Assembly (NCBI GenBank): GCA_963681965.1 | Contig: OY820579.1 | Span: forward strand, 4,064,001 to 4,128,000 | Reading direction: 5' to 3' | DNA length: 64,000 nt | Source: a bacterium | GTDB lineage: Bacteria > Electryoneota > JAOADG01 | Shown: in pieces, positions 20,201 to 29,984 of the stretch | How positions within the stretch are numbered: position 1 is the first letter of the stretch | Layout of the letters: each line of letters begins with the position of its first letter | Notes under the pieces: generated by a model | Database searches by the model: none | What the model saw: only the letters and a program-made list of their open reading frames with translations | Told to the model about the DNA's origin: nothing | Made by a program: the position numbers and the translations under genes

Positions 20201-23200
20201 GCAAGGGTTTCTTCCGGTGGCGTAGTTGTGCTAACGCGAACGTCGTAGGTCGTCGCGGCGGCTGCAGCAGCCCAACGCAAGGTAATGTTCTGCGGTTGGT
20301 TTGTCGCACCGTCTGCCGGCGATGGATTGCTTGCCTGACCCAAAGTGTAGAACATATAAGTAGTGTTCTGCGCTGGAACCGGCGGACCATACTGAATACC
20401 GCGCGTACCGTTGCTATCCTGAATAGCGGCGGCAGCGAACGTTGTACCAGTGGCAATCGGACCATATACCACGTAGAACGTACCGTTCTCGCACAATACC
20501 ACTTGAGCGTCAACGGTAGCAGCCGTCGAACCTAAAGTGTGCAATGCGGAATAGCTGATCAACAAGCGGTTCGGATTGGTCAATGTTTCATACTTCACGA
20601 CCGTCGGCGAAACAACCGACATATCGTAATTCCAGAAATAGATACCCGCTGGATAGGTCGCCAGTGGGAATGTTGGACTGGTGTAGTTGTAAGCATTGGC
20701 GGCACCGAATTGAATACGACCGTTCGTACCGGCATAGAAGGTGGTGTAGTCTCTGCCATAGAATGGGAACGAGAAGCCGATTGGGAATGGACCTGCAGAA
20801 CCGTCATCGGTAGATGTCCAAGTCGAAACCGTAGCTGCCGTTTCCGAAGGAGTGATCCAACTGTGGGTCGGTCCACCCGTTTGGGCATTCGAAGTGATGT
20901 ATCGATAGCCGTAGCTGTCGGGACCACCGTGGTTGATATCGGCAGTAGTGATCGATGCTTCCGGACCAACAGCCGCTGCAACACCTTCACCATTGACTGC
21001 GACTACGGCAAAATGATAAGTCGCGCCCGAAGTCAAACCACTAACAACGTAGTTAGTCCAACCCGGTCGGGTTACCGATCGCGCATTGGTCGTATCCAAC
21101 GTTCCGGTGGCGGTTACCCAGCGTGCTGGGGTAGTAGAAATTTCAGTCAATTTGTAACGGGTGTTCGAACCGTTGTTGTCAAGTCCAAGACCCGTGATCG
21201 AAACGGTATAGAAACCTTGTCCCGAAAGAGCAAGCGTCGGAGCGCCAGCCATAACAGGAGTCGTCCAACCGGTTGCATTGGCAAAGTTGACCGAGGAAAT
21301 GGTTCCGTTCTGCGAGAAAGCACGATACCAATACTGCGTACCCGGAGTTAAAGCATTGTCCGTGTAGCTGGTGATATTCACACCGACAGTAGCTAAGTCG
21401 GTATAAGTAATACCATCAACCGAGCGCTTTATGGCAAAACCGGTTTCATTGTTCGAATTGTCAGTCCAGCCGAACGTGAGACTGCCGGTTGTCGGGGCGG
21501 TGATTACACCAGCCGATGGTGCTGCAGGTGCTGCACCGGCGGCAGTCGTGAATGACCATACCGGACCCGAATTAACCAAACTGCCAGTAGTATCGGCATT
21601 GGCAGTTACCTGCCAGTAATAAGTAGTGTTGGCTGACAACGTCGGAGTATAGGTTGTTCCGACTTGATGAGTTGCAACTTGAGCAACTGGTGGATTTTCA
21701 GTGTCGAATTTCACATCGTAGCTGATTGCTGCAACGCAAGGATCCCAAGTCAACGCGGTGTTGGTCGGGATGTTGGTCGAAGCATTTTCCGGTAGTGGAT
21801 TCGACGGTTGACCCAAGCGATAGAACATATAAGTGGTGTTCTGAGCCGGGATCGGCGGTCCGTACTGAATACCGCGCGTGCCGTTGCTATCCTGAATTGC
21901 CGCTGCGGAGAACGTAGTCGTCGCTGCGATTGCACCATACACGACATAGAACGTTCCGTCTTCGCACAATACCACTTGCGCGTCAACAGTCGCTGCTGTC
22001 GAACCCAGCGTATGCAACGCCGAGTAATTGATCAACAAGCGATTCGGATTGGTCAATACTTCGTAGCTAACGACGGTCGGCGACACGACCGACATATCGT
22101 AGTTCCAGAAATAGATTCCAGCGGGGTATGTCGCCATCGGGAAAACAGTGCTGGTATAGTTATAGGCATTGGCGGCACCGAACTGAATTCGACCGTTGGA
22201 ACCCGCATAGAACGTAGTATAAGTTCTTTCGTAGAACGGGAACGTAAAGCCGATCGGGAATGGACCAGCCTGACCGTCGTCAGTGGATGTCCATGTCGAG
22301 ACTAACGTTGCGTTCGCCGAGGGGGTGATCCAACTATGGGTCGGTCCACCGGTCTGCGCATTCGACGTGATGTAGCGGTAGCCGTAGCTATCGGGACCAC
22401 CGTGATTGATGTCAGCGGTGGTAATCGAAGCTGCCGGACCTGCTGCTGCTTCCACGTCCGCACCGTTCACTGCAACTGCTGCGAAACGATACGTTGCGCC
22501 GGAGGTCAAACCGCTGATCGCGTAATTCGTCCAGCCCAATCGAGTAGTCAGACGAGGGGTACCACCAAGCGTATTCGATCCGGTTACCCACTGAGTTGTA
22601 TTCAATTCCTGAATCTTATAACGAGTGGTCGTGCCATTCTGATCTGTCGGCAACGACGTGATCGCCATGGTGTAATAACCTTGTCCAACTAATGCAACTG
22701 TCGGTGCGCTAGCGGCTACAGGGTTAGTCCAACCGTTGACATCGGCAAATGCGACCGACGTGGCGTTCGCGTTCTGCGAAAATACCCGATAGAAATACTG
22801 GCTGCTGGGAGTCAGGTTGTTATCGGTATAAGACGTCGCGTTTGCTGCGGCAGTACCGATCATCGTAAATGCAGTACCGTCGAAACGATACACTGGAAAT
22901 CCGGATTCGTTATTCGAATTGTCAGTCCAGTGAATCGTAAGCGAAGTCGTCGCATTGTCGGTGATCGTTGCTGCGGTCGGTGCGTTCGGAGCCACTCCGT
23001 TACCAGCAGTAAAGCTCCATACCGGACCGGGATTGGAGATCGTGCCGTACAGTGCCGTAACCTGCCAGTAATAAGTCGTACCGGCTGTGAGTTGCGTCGG
23101 CGTATAGGCATTGCCAATCTGATTTTCCGACACTAAAGCAGTAGGAGGTGTTTCAGTATCGAAATTCACGTTGTAACCGGTTGCGCCCGGAATGAGATCC

Positions 23201-25548
23201 CACATCAGGGTCGCATTTAACGGAACGTTCGTCGCTCCATCCGGTGGTGCCGGATTGGCTGGCGGACGATGCAAGCCGGCGATCGTGATGTTGTCCAAAT
23301 ATAGGTTCGGACCGTAATCGGTTCGACCAAGGAAGCCGATCAGAACGCTGGGATGATTTTCAACTTCGGCGGGTAATGGGATATCTGCACGTACCCACGT
23401 TCCGGGGGTCGTCGAACCTCCGGTTGTACCGGTTGGAAGTGCGTGTTCGGCAGTTCCACGCCCAGCCCAATAAAATGCCGATGAATAGGTAACGCCGCCA
23501 TCAAAGGAATAAACAATTTCCAATGTGTCGGAATAGGTTGCCGTGTAACCGCCATAATAGGAGCGATCAAATGCAACCGAAATGCCCGAATAGCCTACGG
23601 TCGAAATCGGTGGTGACCAGAGGAAATCTTTCGAGTTACGATTGGCATCGGACCAGAAATAGATATATGCACTACCAGCATTGCCATTACCGGTGGCGAA
23701 ATACGCCCAGGTATTACCGATCACGGGTTGCTGAACCACTTGCCAATCGGCTGGTGGAAATGTCGTGCCTGCGGAGAAGTTTTCCGAGAACGGCATCGAG
23801 AATGCACTCGATGTCATTGCAACGACCGAGCCAGAATATGCGGTAAGAATATTCTCGCCGTTCTTTGCCCGTACTTGGAACGAATACGATTGACCGGCAG
23901 TCAAGCCACGCACTGGAATGGAAGCACCCCAGGCAGCCATCGTAGCCCAAGCTTCGGTAGCAGCCATCGTACCGTTCGTTTGAACGAAGTTGTCATTCGT
24001 CGTGCAGTGAATTGAATAAAGAGTGTAATCGGGATTGGCAGGAGTGCTCGGGGTTAAACCCAATGCAATCGAAGTAATACCGGTCGACACAACTGTCGGA
24101 GTACCGGGAACATTTGCCAAAGTCCAACCGTTCGCTTCGGCAAAGTCGACCGATGTTGCGGTCGCATTTTGCGAGAAGATACGGTAAAAATAGTGCGTGT
24201 TGGGTGTCAGGTTGTTATCGACATGGGACGTCGCATTCGCGGCAGCGGTCGCTAGTGCGGTGTACGTTGTACCGGATAATCGCGAAATCGGAAATCCGGT
24301 TTCGTTGTTCGAATTGTCCGTCCAGCCGATTGTCAACGCCGACGAAGTATTGCCAGTAATCGATCCGGCAGAAGGCGCATTCGGCGCGGTTCCGCCACCG
24401 GTGGTAAAGGACCAAACCGGACCAGCGTTGGATTGCGTGCCACCATTATTGTACGCAACGACTTTCCAATAATAGGTAGTATTTGCGCTCAACGTTGGGC
24501 TATAAGAAGTATCGGTCTGTTGAGTCGATACCGATGCCACCGGGGGATTTTCAGTATCGAAATAAACATCGTACGATGCTGCCGAAGTTGTCTGTCGCCA
24601 GCGCAGAACGGTGTTCGTCGGAACGCCTGTCAGACCGTCGCTCGGATTCGGACCTTCCGGTGCACCGAGTGTATAGATGATGATGGCGCGATTGACAGCC
24701 AATAAATTATTCGGGTTAGCTGCATAAGTAATCTGCAAACCAACAGTACCGGTTGAATTCTGGCAACCTACTGTGCAATAGGTTGCTTCGGTTGCCGGAG
24801 CCGCGGCATACTGCAATTTGATGAGACCGCTGGGATAGAGAATCATCTGAAAGCTAAGTGGAGTTGTTCCGCCAAGCAGTGTCGGGCTAATCCAGCTACA
24901 AACAAAAGCGGTATCGGATGAGATGTATTTGATCGCATTAGCGGTCGATGAAAGGTCATCCCACCATGCGAAAATCGCATCAACCGGTGTTCCATACAAA
25001 CCAGCGGTTGCATTCGGCAGAGCAGTATTGGTATACCAAGCCGAACTAGTGTTACTTGCGTAGGTTGAAGAAAACGAGATAAAACCATTTACACTGATAT
25101 AGCAATTGGTGTAAGTATGTCCGTAATAAGGGAACGAAAATCCGAGCGGAACTGCTGCAGTTGTCACGTCGTCGCCGATGGGACCACCTGTTCCAGAGTT
25201 ACTCAGATCGATCCACGAATAGGTCGGACCATTTGCTTCGCGATCGTCCATCCACCGATAACCGGCGGAATCCGGACCGCCAAAGGCATCGGTCGTCGGT
25301 GTTCGCGGTAGAAAAGCGTTCGGATTACGTGCCCGGATCATCTGTTCGATGATCGGATACGCCATCTGCTTCTCCGTAGTTGTGATTGACTCCCCACGTA
25401 AAGCCCGCTCTGCGATTTGACGCGCATAAGCATCCTTCTCGGGGGAGGAATAAGTTCCTGTCGCAAATACCATCGATGACATCAGCAGCAATAGCAGCAT
25501 CGTCAACGAAAGTAAAACAACAGGAGTTTTTCTATCGACATTCATCAT
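17299..25548 (-). CDS. 2749-aa modular secreted protein: FN3/Ig-like repeats, repeated GGPD.GY beta domains, T9SS type-A-like C-terminal domain
   Basis: Signal peptide; repeated WTDNSNNETGF and YYWQV FN3/Ig motifs; PFSENF...FPPADW domains; C-terminal YKLHQNYPNPFNPSTEIRF...GVYFYRI...KKMVMVK; GGAGG RBS. Confidence 0.9.
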   Translation of the reverse strand: MMNVDRKTPVVLLSLTMLLLLLMSSMVFATGTYSSPEKDAYARQIAERALRGESITTTEKQMAYPIIEQMIRARNPNAFLPRTPTTDAFGGPDSAGYRWMDDREANGPTYSWIDLSNSGTGGPIGDDVTTAAVPLGFSFPYYGHTYTNCYISVNGFISFSSTYASNTSSAWYTNTALPNATAGLYGTPVDAIFAWWDDLSSTANAIKYISSDTAFVCSWISPTLLGGTTPLSFQMILYPSGLIKLQYAAAPATEATYCTVGCQNSTGTVGLQITYAANPNNLLAVNRAIIIYTLGAPEGPNPSDGLTGVPTNTVLRWRQTTSAASYDVYFDTENPPVASVSTQQTDTSYSPTLSANTTYYWKVVAYNNGGTQSNAGPVWSFTTGGGTAPNAPSAGSITGNTSSALTIGWTDNSNNETGFPISRLSGTTYTALATAAANATSHVDNNLTPNTHYFYRIFSQNATATSVDFAEANGWTLANVPGTPTVVSTGITSIALGLTPSTPANPDYTLYSIHCTTNDNFVQTNGTMAATEAWATMAAWGASIPVRGLTAGQSYSFQVRAKNGENILTAYSGSVVAMTSSAFSMPFSENFSAGTTFPPADWQVVQQPVIGNTWAYFATGNGNAGSAYIYFWSDANRNSKDFLWSPPISTVGYSGISVAFDRSYYGGYTATYSDTLEIVYSFDGGVTYSSAFYWAGRGTAEHALPTGTTGGSTTPGTWVRADIPLPAEVENHPSVLIGFLGRTDYGPNLYLDNITIAGLHRPPANPAPPDGATNVPLNATLMWDLIPGATGYNVNFDTETPPTALVSENQIGNAYTPTQLTAGTTYYWQVTALYGTISNPGPVWSFTAGNGVAPNAPTAATITDNATTSLTIHWTDNSNNESGFPVYRFDGTAFTMIGTAAANATSYTDNNLTPSSQYFYRVFSQNANATSVAFADVNGWTNPVAASAPTVALVGQGYYTMAITSLPTDQNGTTTRYKIQELNTTQWVTGSNTLGGTPRLTTRLGWTNYAISGLTSGATYRFAAVAVNGADVEAAAGPAASITTADINHGGPDSYGYRYITSNAQTGGPTHSWITPSANATLVSTWTSTDDGQAGPFPIGFTFPFYERTYTTFYAGSNGRIQFGAANAYNYTSTVFPMATYPAGIYFWNYDMSVVSPTVVSYEVLTNPNRLLINYSALHTLGSTAATVDAQVVLCEDGTFYVVYGAIAATTTFSAAAIQDSNGTRGIQYGPPIPAQNTTYMFYRLGQPSNPLPENASTNIPTNTALTWDPCVAAISYDVKFDTENPPVAQVATHQVGTTYTPTLSANTTYYWQVTANADTTGSLVNSGPVWSFTTAAGAAPAAPSAGVITAPTTGSLTFGWTDNSNNETGFAIKRSVDGITYTDLATVGVNITSYTDNALTPGTQYWYRAFSQNGTISSVNFANATGWTTPVMAGAPTLALSGQGFYTVSITGLGLDNNGSNTRYKLTEISTTPARWVTATGTLDTTNARSVTRPGWTNYVVSGLTSGATYHFAVVAVNGEGVAAAVGPEASITTADINHGGPDSYGYRYITSNAQTGGPTHSWITPSETAATVSTWTSTDDGSAGPFPIGFSFPFYGRDYTTFYAGTNGRIQFGAANAYNYTSPTFPLATYPAGIYFWNYDMSVVSPTVVKYETLTNPNRLLISYSALHTLGSTAATVDAQVVLCENGTFYVVYGPIATGTTFAAAAIQDSNGTRGIQYGPPVPAQNTTYMFYTLGQASNPSPADGATNQPQNITLRWAAAAAATTYDVRVSTTTPPEETLATDITATSFTIGSNFAANTQYYWQVIAHNGATSNPGPIWSFTTGTGLAPVSPDSLLAGTITISSIQLRWHDRSTTETGFSITRSLVDSAYATVGTAAANAQTWTDNDLSVNTHYYYHVAAAAGTVISTDYATLDTWTLASVPAVPTVTTIGITSATITINNNETNPNPAYTEYAIAVNDQYVQLNGFLGADPVWRTLTQWGTPSFSGLAPTSDDSVRIVARNGANVETAFSGAATFTTQGAFSLPFSQDFEQPLFPPADWTRVNADNLTTWSRYSSGGVNSALLTFSNYTPASGQIDELWTPPFVTTGATIVKVTFDWYYFNRTYTTPDTLDVVYSLDGMTTRSLVWSRNGNTTDTTRNLRVVPGTGGTATVPPAAVANWGHGEIWMPGEAVGQASVQLGFISHNRGGPYLFVDNVMVEAPTVVPLNGIVHRLNDDPVEGAEINIHNGAWTTTTDADGIWNLLVPSGSYNITIQKPCMYPIISYVNYEISGTDTVDFNDVLGAPQITTDLSSIECAIAPGDSTAQTIVLRNTGDYQLSFAANVTYPTDGTMRVRPRNQLNPITPDPRNPPIPVHGTPAEKEAYAQWVRANTPVMTSPTDNFWNADSAGYVARDNNGGGASYNWEDIATTGTEITNFNGSDDDGWTNSIPIGFTMPFYGQNFDSIYVSANGFLTFRGYGYNCAYYGALPSNYYQIGPFKFDNYHVVGTSHYYYQMLSNPNRMVVQFNNVRYYNSTYRDNAAYSKTFEIVLYQNGLVKIQYQSLGTLAPTSGIPYVAGIDNEGAGGINVFDSTVFVSGLTDYCVEFNLNSFYDYVRVSPSSADVGEGQLLEVGVTMFAADTIAEGTTLAANIVFTSNACTTVTIPVTILVTRTAVAENSKLPLEYKLHQNYPNPFNPSTEIRFDLKKAGLTKLTIYNALGQQVATLVNNYLPAGYHSVRFRGNALATGVYFYRIESGSFTSIKKMVMVK
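20336..22440 (-). repeat. Intragenic duplication of about 630 bp (20336-20967 vs 21809-22440, offset 1473 bp)
   Basis: ADINHGGPDSYGYRYITSNAQTGGPTHSWITPS...PAQNTTYMFY occurs twice, nearly identical in protein. Confidence 0.85.
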
Positions 25549-26049
25549 ATACCTCCGACTTTTGAGTAAACTCTATCTAAGTAAGAAAGCGGTGTTGAAT
25601 CGCCGGATCGATTGTTCATGAGCGGCGAACGCAAACTCCAATACTCGAGGATGATCCAGATCGAGATCCGCAAGTGAGAGTATTCGTTCGAGGGAAACGC
25701 TCAAGCTTACAAATCACAGATCATTCCTGCGGGTAGCGCAAGATCAAATTCTAACTTAGGAAATCTCTAATGATTAGAGACATAAATCATACAGCCTGAT
25801 TAAAACCGGTTGTGTGCACAAGATAGATCTTCTAGTAACTTCCGACAACACTACTGCAAAGCGAAAAAAACGAATTTTGAAGCTCCTATAACCGTGTATG
25901 TTCTATAATGTGAATATTTTGGGGTGTTTATATCACGTCTCATCGAGTTTACAACTCTTACTTTCGTATTTCGAACAGGATACCGACTACAGAGTCGAGA
26001 TATGGGAAGCGCGGAGGGGAATTGATCACACCTCCAAGAGTAAACATGT

Positions 26050-26065
26050 CGTGATCTGGATCACA
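26050..26065. promoter_or_regulatory. CRP/FNR-family-type operator candidate
   Basis: CGTGATCTGGATCACA matches the CRP core TGTGATCTAGATCACA at 14/16; lies in a divergent 1.3-kb intergenic region. Confidence 0.5.
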
Positions 26066-26233
26066 GATTGGCAATCAACAAAGTCACTATGATCTTGATA
26101 TTTAGTAATAAAACAAAATTAATCTGTGATTAAGTATTTTTGCTCGACGAGATTAGCCAAGTTGCCGCTGAGGTGTTACGGATAGAATATCTGTCATTTG
26201 CATAATCGACGAGATCGTTTTGCTTCGCAATTG

Positions 26234-26616
26234 CTCGGAAGTAAGGCTTTAGCCTGACAAATTCTACTTCTATTCAAGTGCTATCAGGCTTATGGCTTTT
26301 AACTGAATAGATTAACTTGGCTGTAGCGTTGGATTTTATTCCATTCTCTGTTTCATTTTCAAGAATTGCGGATTGAAGACCGAATCGATAAATCAGTGTG
26401 TCTATGGTAGGGGCGTTCTTACGCGTCCGCTCGTAGCAGTTGAACTGGCAGAATGTGTAGATTGAAATATTTCATCAAAAGATGCGGGCGTTACTCCTTC
26501 GTTAAGCGCTTTGCGGTTGCCATAAGCCCCTACTTTAGCTAATGCACCAGACACGGGCGATTCGCGAACCGCCCCTACCAAAGATGTAGTTAAAAGGCTG
26601 AAGCCTGACCTCCGAG
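26234..26616. repeat. Nested REP-like inverted pairs
   Basis: Outer CTCGGAAGTAAGGCTTTAGCCTGAC (26234-58) vs AGGCTGAAGCCTGACCTCCGAG (26595-616); inner TGGTAGGGGCG (26405) vs CGCCCCTACCA (ends 26580). Confidence 0.65.
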
Positions 26617-26850
26617 TGCTGGAATTATTCTCACCTCCCAGATTTATTGATGCACAATATGAACTTTCGGGAAATAGTTGCTCACACTCGTGTCACCATA
26701 TAGTAATTATTCAATAATAATGTGTCGGATAAATGTGTTCGATCTTTCGCTAATAATGAGTACTGCCGAACTTGCCATTCTATTCGTACTTTATAAAACA
26801 CCTAGCTATCATCGAATATTAATGAATATCAATTCGAACGGAAACCGTGG

Positions 26851-27285
26851 ATGCCCCATTGCCTGAATTGCGAAGCTGAATTTGTCGAAGGAATCACCAT
26901 CTGCAGCGATTGCGGTCAACCGCTCTTGCCGGGACCGTTACCGGAAATCAAGGAGAAACCGCCGACCGAAACCAAGTGGGTCCTATTGCAGGAGTGTGTG
27001 AGCGATCTCGAAGCTGAGTTATTGAAACAGCTATTGGAAGATCAACATATCGCGGTGTGGCGCAGAGGAACGTTCCGCGGAAGTTTCGGCATTTCAGGTG
27101 GAACAACTCCTTGGGCAGGTGAACGAATTACGTTGTTTGTTCCGGAAAACAAAATCGGTATCGCCTCGCGCATCCTTCGCGAACGGCACTACGCCGGCAA
27201 ATTCGGTAACAGTCCCAAACAACTTGACTTGGCAAGAAAGACGCAAGCGGTGCGAATGCGTCGCAAACGCCGGATGCGGAAATAA
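26851..27285 (+). CDS. Zinc-ribbon plus DUF2007-like putative signal-transducing protein
   Basis: CLNC..EF..GITICSDC, then W.LL...EAELLKQLLE...I.LFVPE. Confidence 0.7.
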   Translation: MPHCLNCEAEFVEGITICSDCGQPLLPGPLPEIKEKPPTETKWVLLQECVSDLEAELLKQLLEDQHIAVWRRGTFRGSFGISGGTTPWAGERITLFVPENKIGIASRILRERHYAGKFGNSPKQLDLARKTQAVRMRRKRRMRK

Positions 27286-27518
27286 CCCACACGAAAGTTT
27301 TCCGCTTTCCAAATCCTAGCTCGTCACTCTGTTAATCTTTCAGAAACAGATAAAAAATGAAAAGACGCCAATCGGAATTGGGCTCTACTTCAAACTCCGA
27401 ATTTCTCCTCCAAAACGGCAATTTGCGAACAAATATCTTTCTCTTTACCTTATTATCTGCTCTTTTATCCTGCCAAAACGGCAATTTATCCGCAAAACTA
27501 ATAGAAGGATATGTGAAT

Positions 27519-29066
27519 ATGCTACCCCCATTCAAAAACGAACCGATGACCAACTTCAACGATCCCGCGAATAAGGCGGCATTCGAAGCAGCATTGAAGC
27601 TCTGTGAAAATCGGATCGGCGAAAAGATCCCGCTGGTAATTGGCGGTGAACGGATTTACACCGACGACACCATCAAATCGACCAATCCCGCCAATCCCGA
27701 TCAAGTGTTGGCGTATGTCGGCAAAGGCACCAAAGAACTTGCCCTCAAAGCGATCAAATCCGCCGACAAGACCTTCGACTGGTGGAAGAATTACGATCCC
27801 GATGCCCGTGCCCGCATTCTGCTGCGCGCTGCCGCAATTATGCGCCGCCGCAAACACGAATTCAGCGCCACGATGGTGCTCGAAATCGGCAAGAACTGGA
27901 TGGAAGCCGACGGTGACACTGCGGAAGCAATCGATTTCCTTGAATTCTATGCTCGCGAAATGATGCGCCTCAATGAGCGCCAGACTGTTGTCGACTATCC
28001 CGGCGAAGAAAACAATCTCTATTACATCCCACTCGGTGTTGGCGCGGTCATTCCTCCGTGGAATTTCCCCTGTGCAATTATGGTCGGCATGACGTCCGCC
28101 TCGGCAGTCACCGGTAACACCGTACTGCTGAAACCGGCATCGATCACTCCGATTATCGCGTGGCGATTCTTCGAAATCCTGGAAGAAGCCGGTATGCCGG
28201 CAGGCGTCGTGAATTACCTCCCCGGTCCCGGCGGTGCTATCGGCGACACCATTGTCGATCACAAATTGACCCGCTTCATCGCCTTTACCGGCTCGATGGA
28301 AATCGGACAGCGCATTTTCCAGCGCGCCGCGAAAGTCCACCCCGGTCAGCTCTGGCTGAAACGTACCGTGCTCGAGATGGGTGGTAAAGACGCAATCCTG
28401 GTCGACGACGATGCCGACCTAGAACTCGCCGCCGAACAGATCGTCACGGCAGCCTTTGGTTTCCAAGGGCAGAAGTGCAGCGCCTGCTCGCGCTTGATCG
28501 TACACGAAAAAGTGTATGACGAATTGCTCGCGAAAGTGGTGGAACGCACCAAGAAGATCAAAACCGGTCCGACCAGCGATCTCAACAACTGGCACGGTCC
28601 CGTCAGCGAAAAGGGTGCCTACGAAAAGATTCTCGAATACATCGAGATCGGCAAGAGCGAAGGGAAATGCGTCGCGGGTGGTGTGAAGGCTGGCAATCCG
28701 GGTTGGTTCATCGCCCCCACGATTATTGCCGACCTTTCGCCGAAAGCGCGGATCATGCAGGAAGAAATTTTTGGTCCGGTGTTGGCAGTCTGCAAAGTGA
28801 AGTCGTTCGACGAAGGTTTGAAAGTCTTCAACAATACCATGTTCGGTTTGACCGGTGGCTACTTTGGCAAGCGCCGCGACCATATCGAGAAGGTTCGCGT
28901 ACATGCGCATTGCGGTAACCTCTACCTCAACCGGAAGTGCACCGGCGCATTGGTGGGTGTGCAGCCGTTTGGCGGCTTCAATCAGAGCGGTACCGACAGC
29001 AAGGCGGGTGGACGCGACTATTTGCAACTGTTCCTGCAGGGCAAGAGCGTAACCGAACGATTCTAA
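27519..29066 (+). CDS. pruA: L-glutamate gamma-semialdehyde (P5C) dehydrogenase
   Basis: PFKNEP, EAIDFLEFYA, PPWNFP, FTGS, EMGGKD, FGFQGQKCSACSR, EEIFGP, GNLYLNR.CTGA.VG.QPFGG. Confidence 0.93.
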   Translation: MLPPFKNEPMTNFNDPANKAAFEAALKLCENRIGEKIPLVIGGERIYTDDTIKSTNPANPDQVLAYVGKGTKELALKAIKSADKTFDWWKNYDPDARARILLRAAAIMRRRKHEFSATMVLEIGKNWMEADGDTAEAIDFLEFYAREMMRLNERQTVVDYPGEENNLYYIPLGVGAVIPPWNFPCAIMVGMTSASAVTGNTVLLKPASITPIIAWRFFEILEEAGMPAGVVNYLPGPGGAIGDTIVDHKLTRFIAFTGSMEIGQRIFQRAAKVHPGQLWLKRTVLEMGGKDAILVDDDADLELAAEQIVTAAFGFQGQKCSACSRLIVHEKVYDELLAKVVERTKKIKTGPTSDLNNWHGPVSEKGAYEKILEYIEIGKSEGKCVAGGVKAGNPGWFIAPTIIADLSPKARIMQEEIFGPVLAVCKVKSFDEGLKVFNNTMFGLTGGYFGKRRDHIEKVRVHAHCGNLYLNRKCTGALVGVQPFGGFNQSGTDSKAGGRDYLQLFLQGKSVTERF

Positions 29067-29085
29067 TCGTCATCGATTTGATCTT

Positions 29086-29121
29086 AAAAAACCTCCGGTC
29101 GGAAACGTCCGGAGGTTTTTT
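29086..29121 (+). terminator. Intrinsic terminator
   Basis: AAAAAACCTCCGG-loop-CCGGAGGTTTTTT. Confidence 0.82.
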
Positions 29122-29140
29122 AATAGATTCGATTGCAGTC

Positions 29141-29221
29141 GTAGCCGCAGGTTTCTGCCTGCGTTTTTCTTTTTCTTTATTCTGATCTCCTTGAAAAGTA
29201 GGGGAGACCCTCCGCGGTCTC
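29141..29221 (+). repeat. Two GTAG-type REP-like palindromes
   Basis: GTAGCCGCAGGTTTCTGCCTGCG (29141-63) and GTAGGGGAGACCCTCCGCGGTCTC (29198-221). Confidence 0.62.
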
Positions 29222-29440
29222 ACGCTCTGGTATCTTCTATCTTGTTTCTGGAATCCTTTATCTTGCAGTACTGCCCAACTCCGATTGGGCGCTCTGGTAT
29301 CTTTAATCTTGTATTAGGTATCCTGATCTGTCTTAGCAAACCCCTGCGGCAGGAACCGATCAATTCCCAATCCAAGTAAGTCGAACCAGAATGGTGTATA
29401 TTAGCACTATCCATCAGAACTGTTTGTCCGATCGAGAAGA

Positions 29441-29926
29441 ATGAATATGTCGAAAATATTGGTCATCGGTCTTGGTAACGATCTGCTCAGCGACGATGCC
29501 GTGGGCTTGCTGGCACTCCGTGCGCTACGCGACCGGCGTGGGGAAATTATCACGACCAGAGAAATTGAATACGTCGAGTGTTCAGAGCACGGGATCGCGC
29601 TGCTCGACTATTTTCTCGATTTCGATCAGGCGATCATCGTCGATGCAATCGCGACAACGACTCATCCTGCCGGCACCATCCTCCATCTGCAACCCGGCGA
29701 TCTCGGCGGAGTCGTTGCCCCCTCCCCGCACTATACCGGACTGCCGGAAATGATCGGAATTGCCGATCAATTACACCTCCATTTTCCTTCGGAAATTCAC
29801 ATCTACGCGTGCGAGACTGCCGATACTGTTACACTCGGCGGGTCGCTGACCGAAGCGGTTTTGGCAGCACTCCCATCTCTAGTTGAAACGGCTCAGACCG
29901 AATTAAAACGTATGGCAACAACCTGA
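29441..29926 (+). CDS. Hydrogenase maturation protease (HycI/HupD family)
   Basis: LVIGLGNDLLSDDAVG, IIVDAI, SPH motifs. Confidence 0.88.
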   Translation: MNMSKILVIGLGNDLLSDDAVGLLALRALRDRRGEIITTREIEYVECSEHGIALLDYFLDFDQAIIVDAIATTTHPAGTILHLQPGDLGGVVAPSPHYTGLPEMIGIADQLHLHFPSEIHIYACETADTVTLGGSLTEAVLAALPSLVETAQTELKRMATT

Positions 29927-29984
29927 CGACTTTACCAATTCCGTTGCCGGTATTACCTTCCTCTGTCACCAAATAGGAACCGGT

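Noticed and set aside
20336-22440. Near-identical repeats as a diversity-generating retroelement TR/VR pair
   Set aside because: Both copies are in-frame coding, differences are largely synonymous and not adenine-specific, and there is no reverse transcriptase
25898-26866. Short ORFs 25898-26092 and 26678-26866
   Set aside because: No recognisable motifs or RBS; they overlap repeat and regulatory DNA
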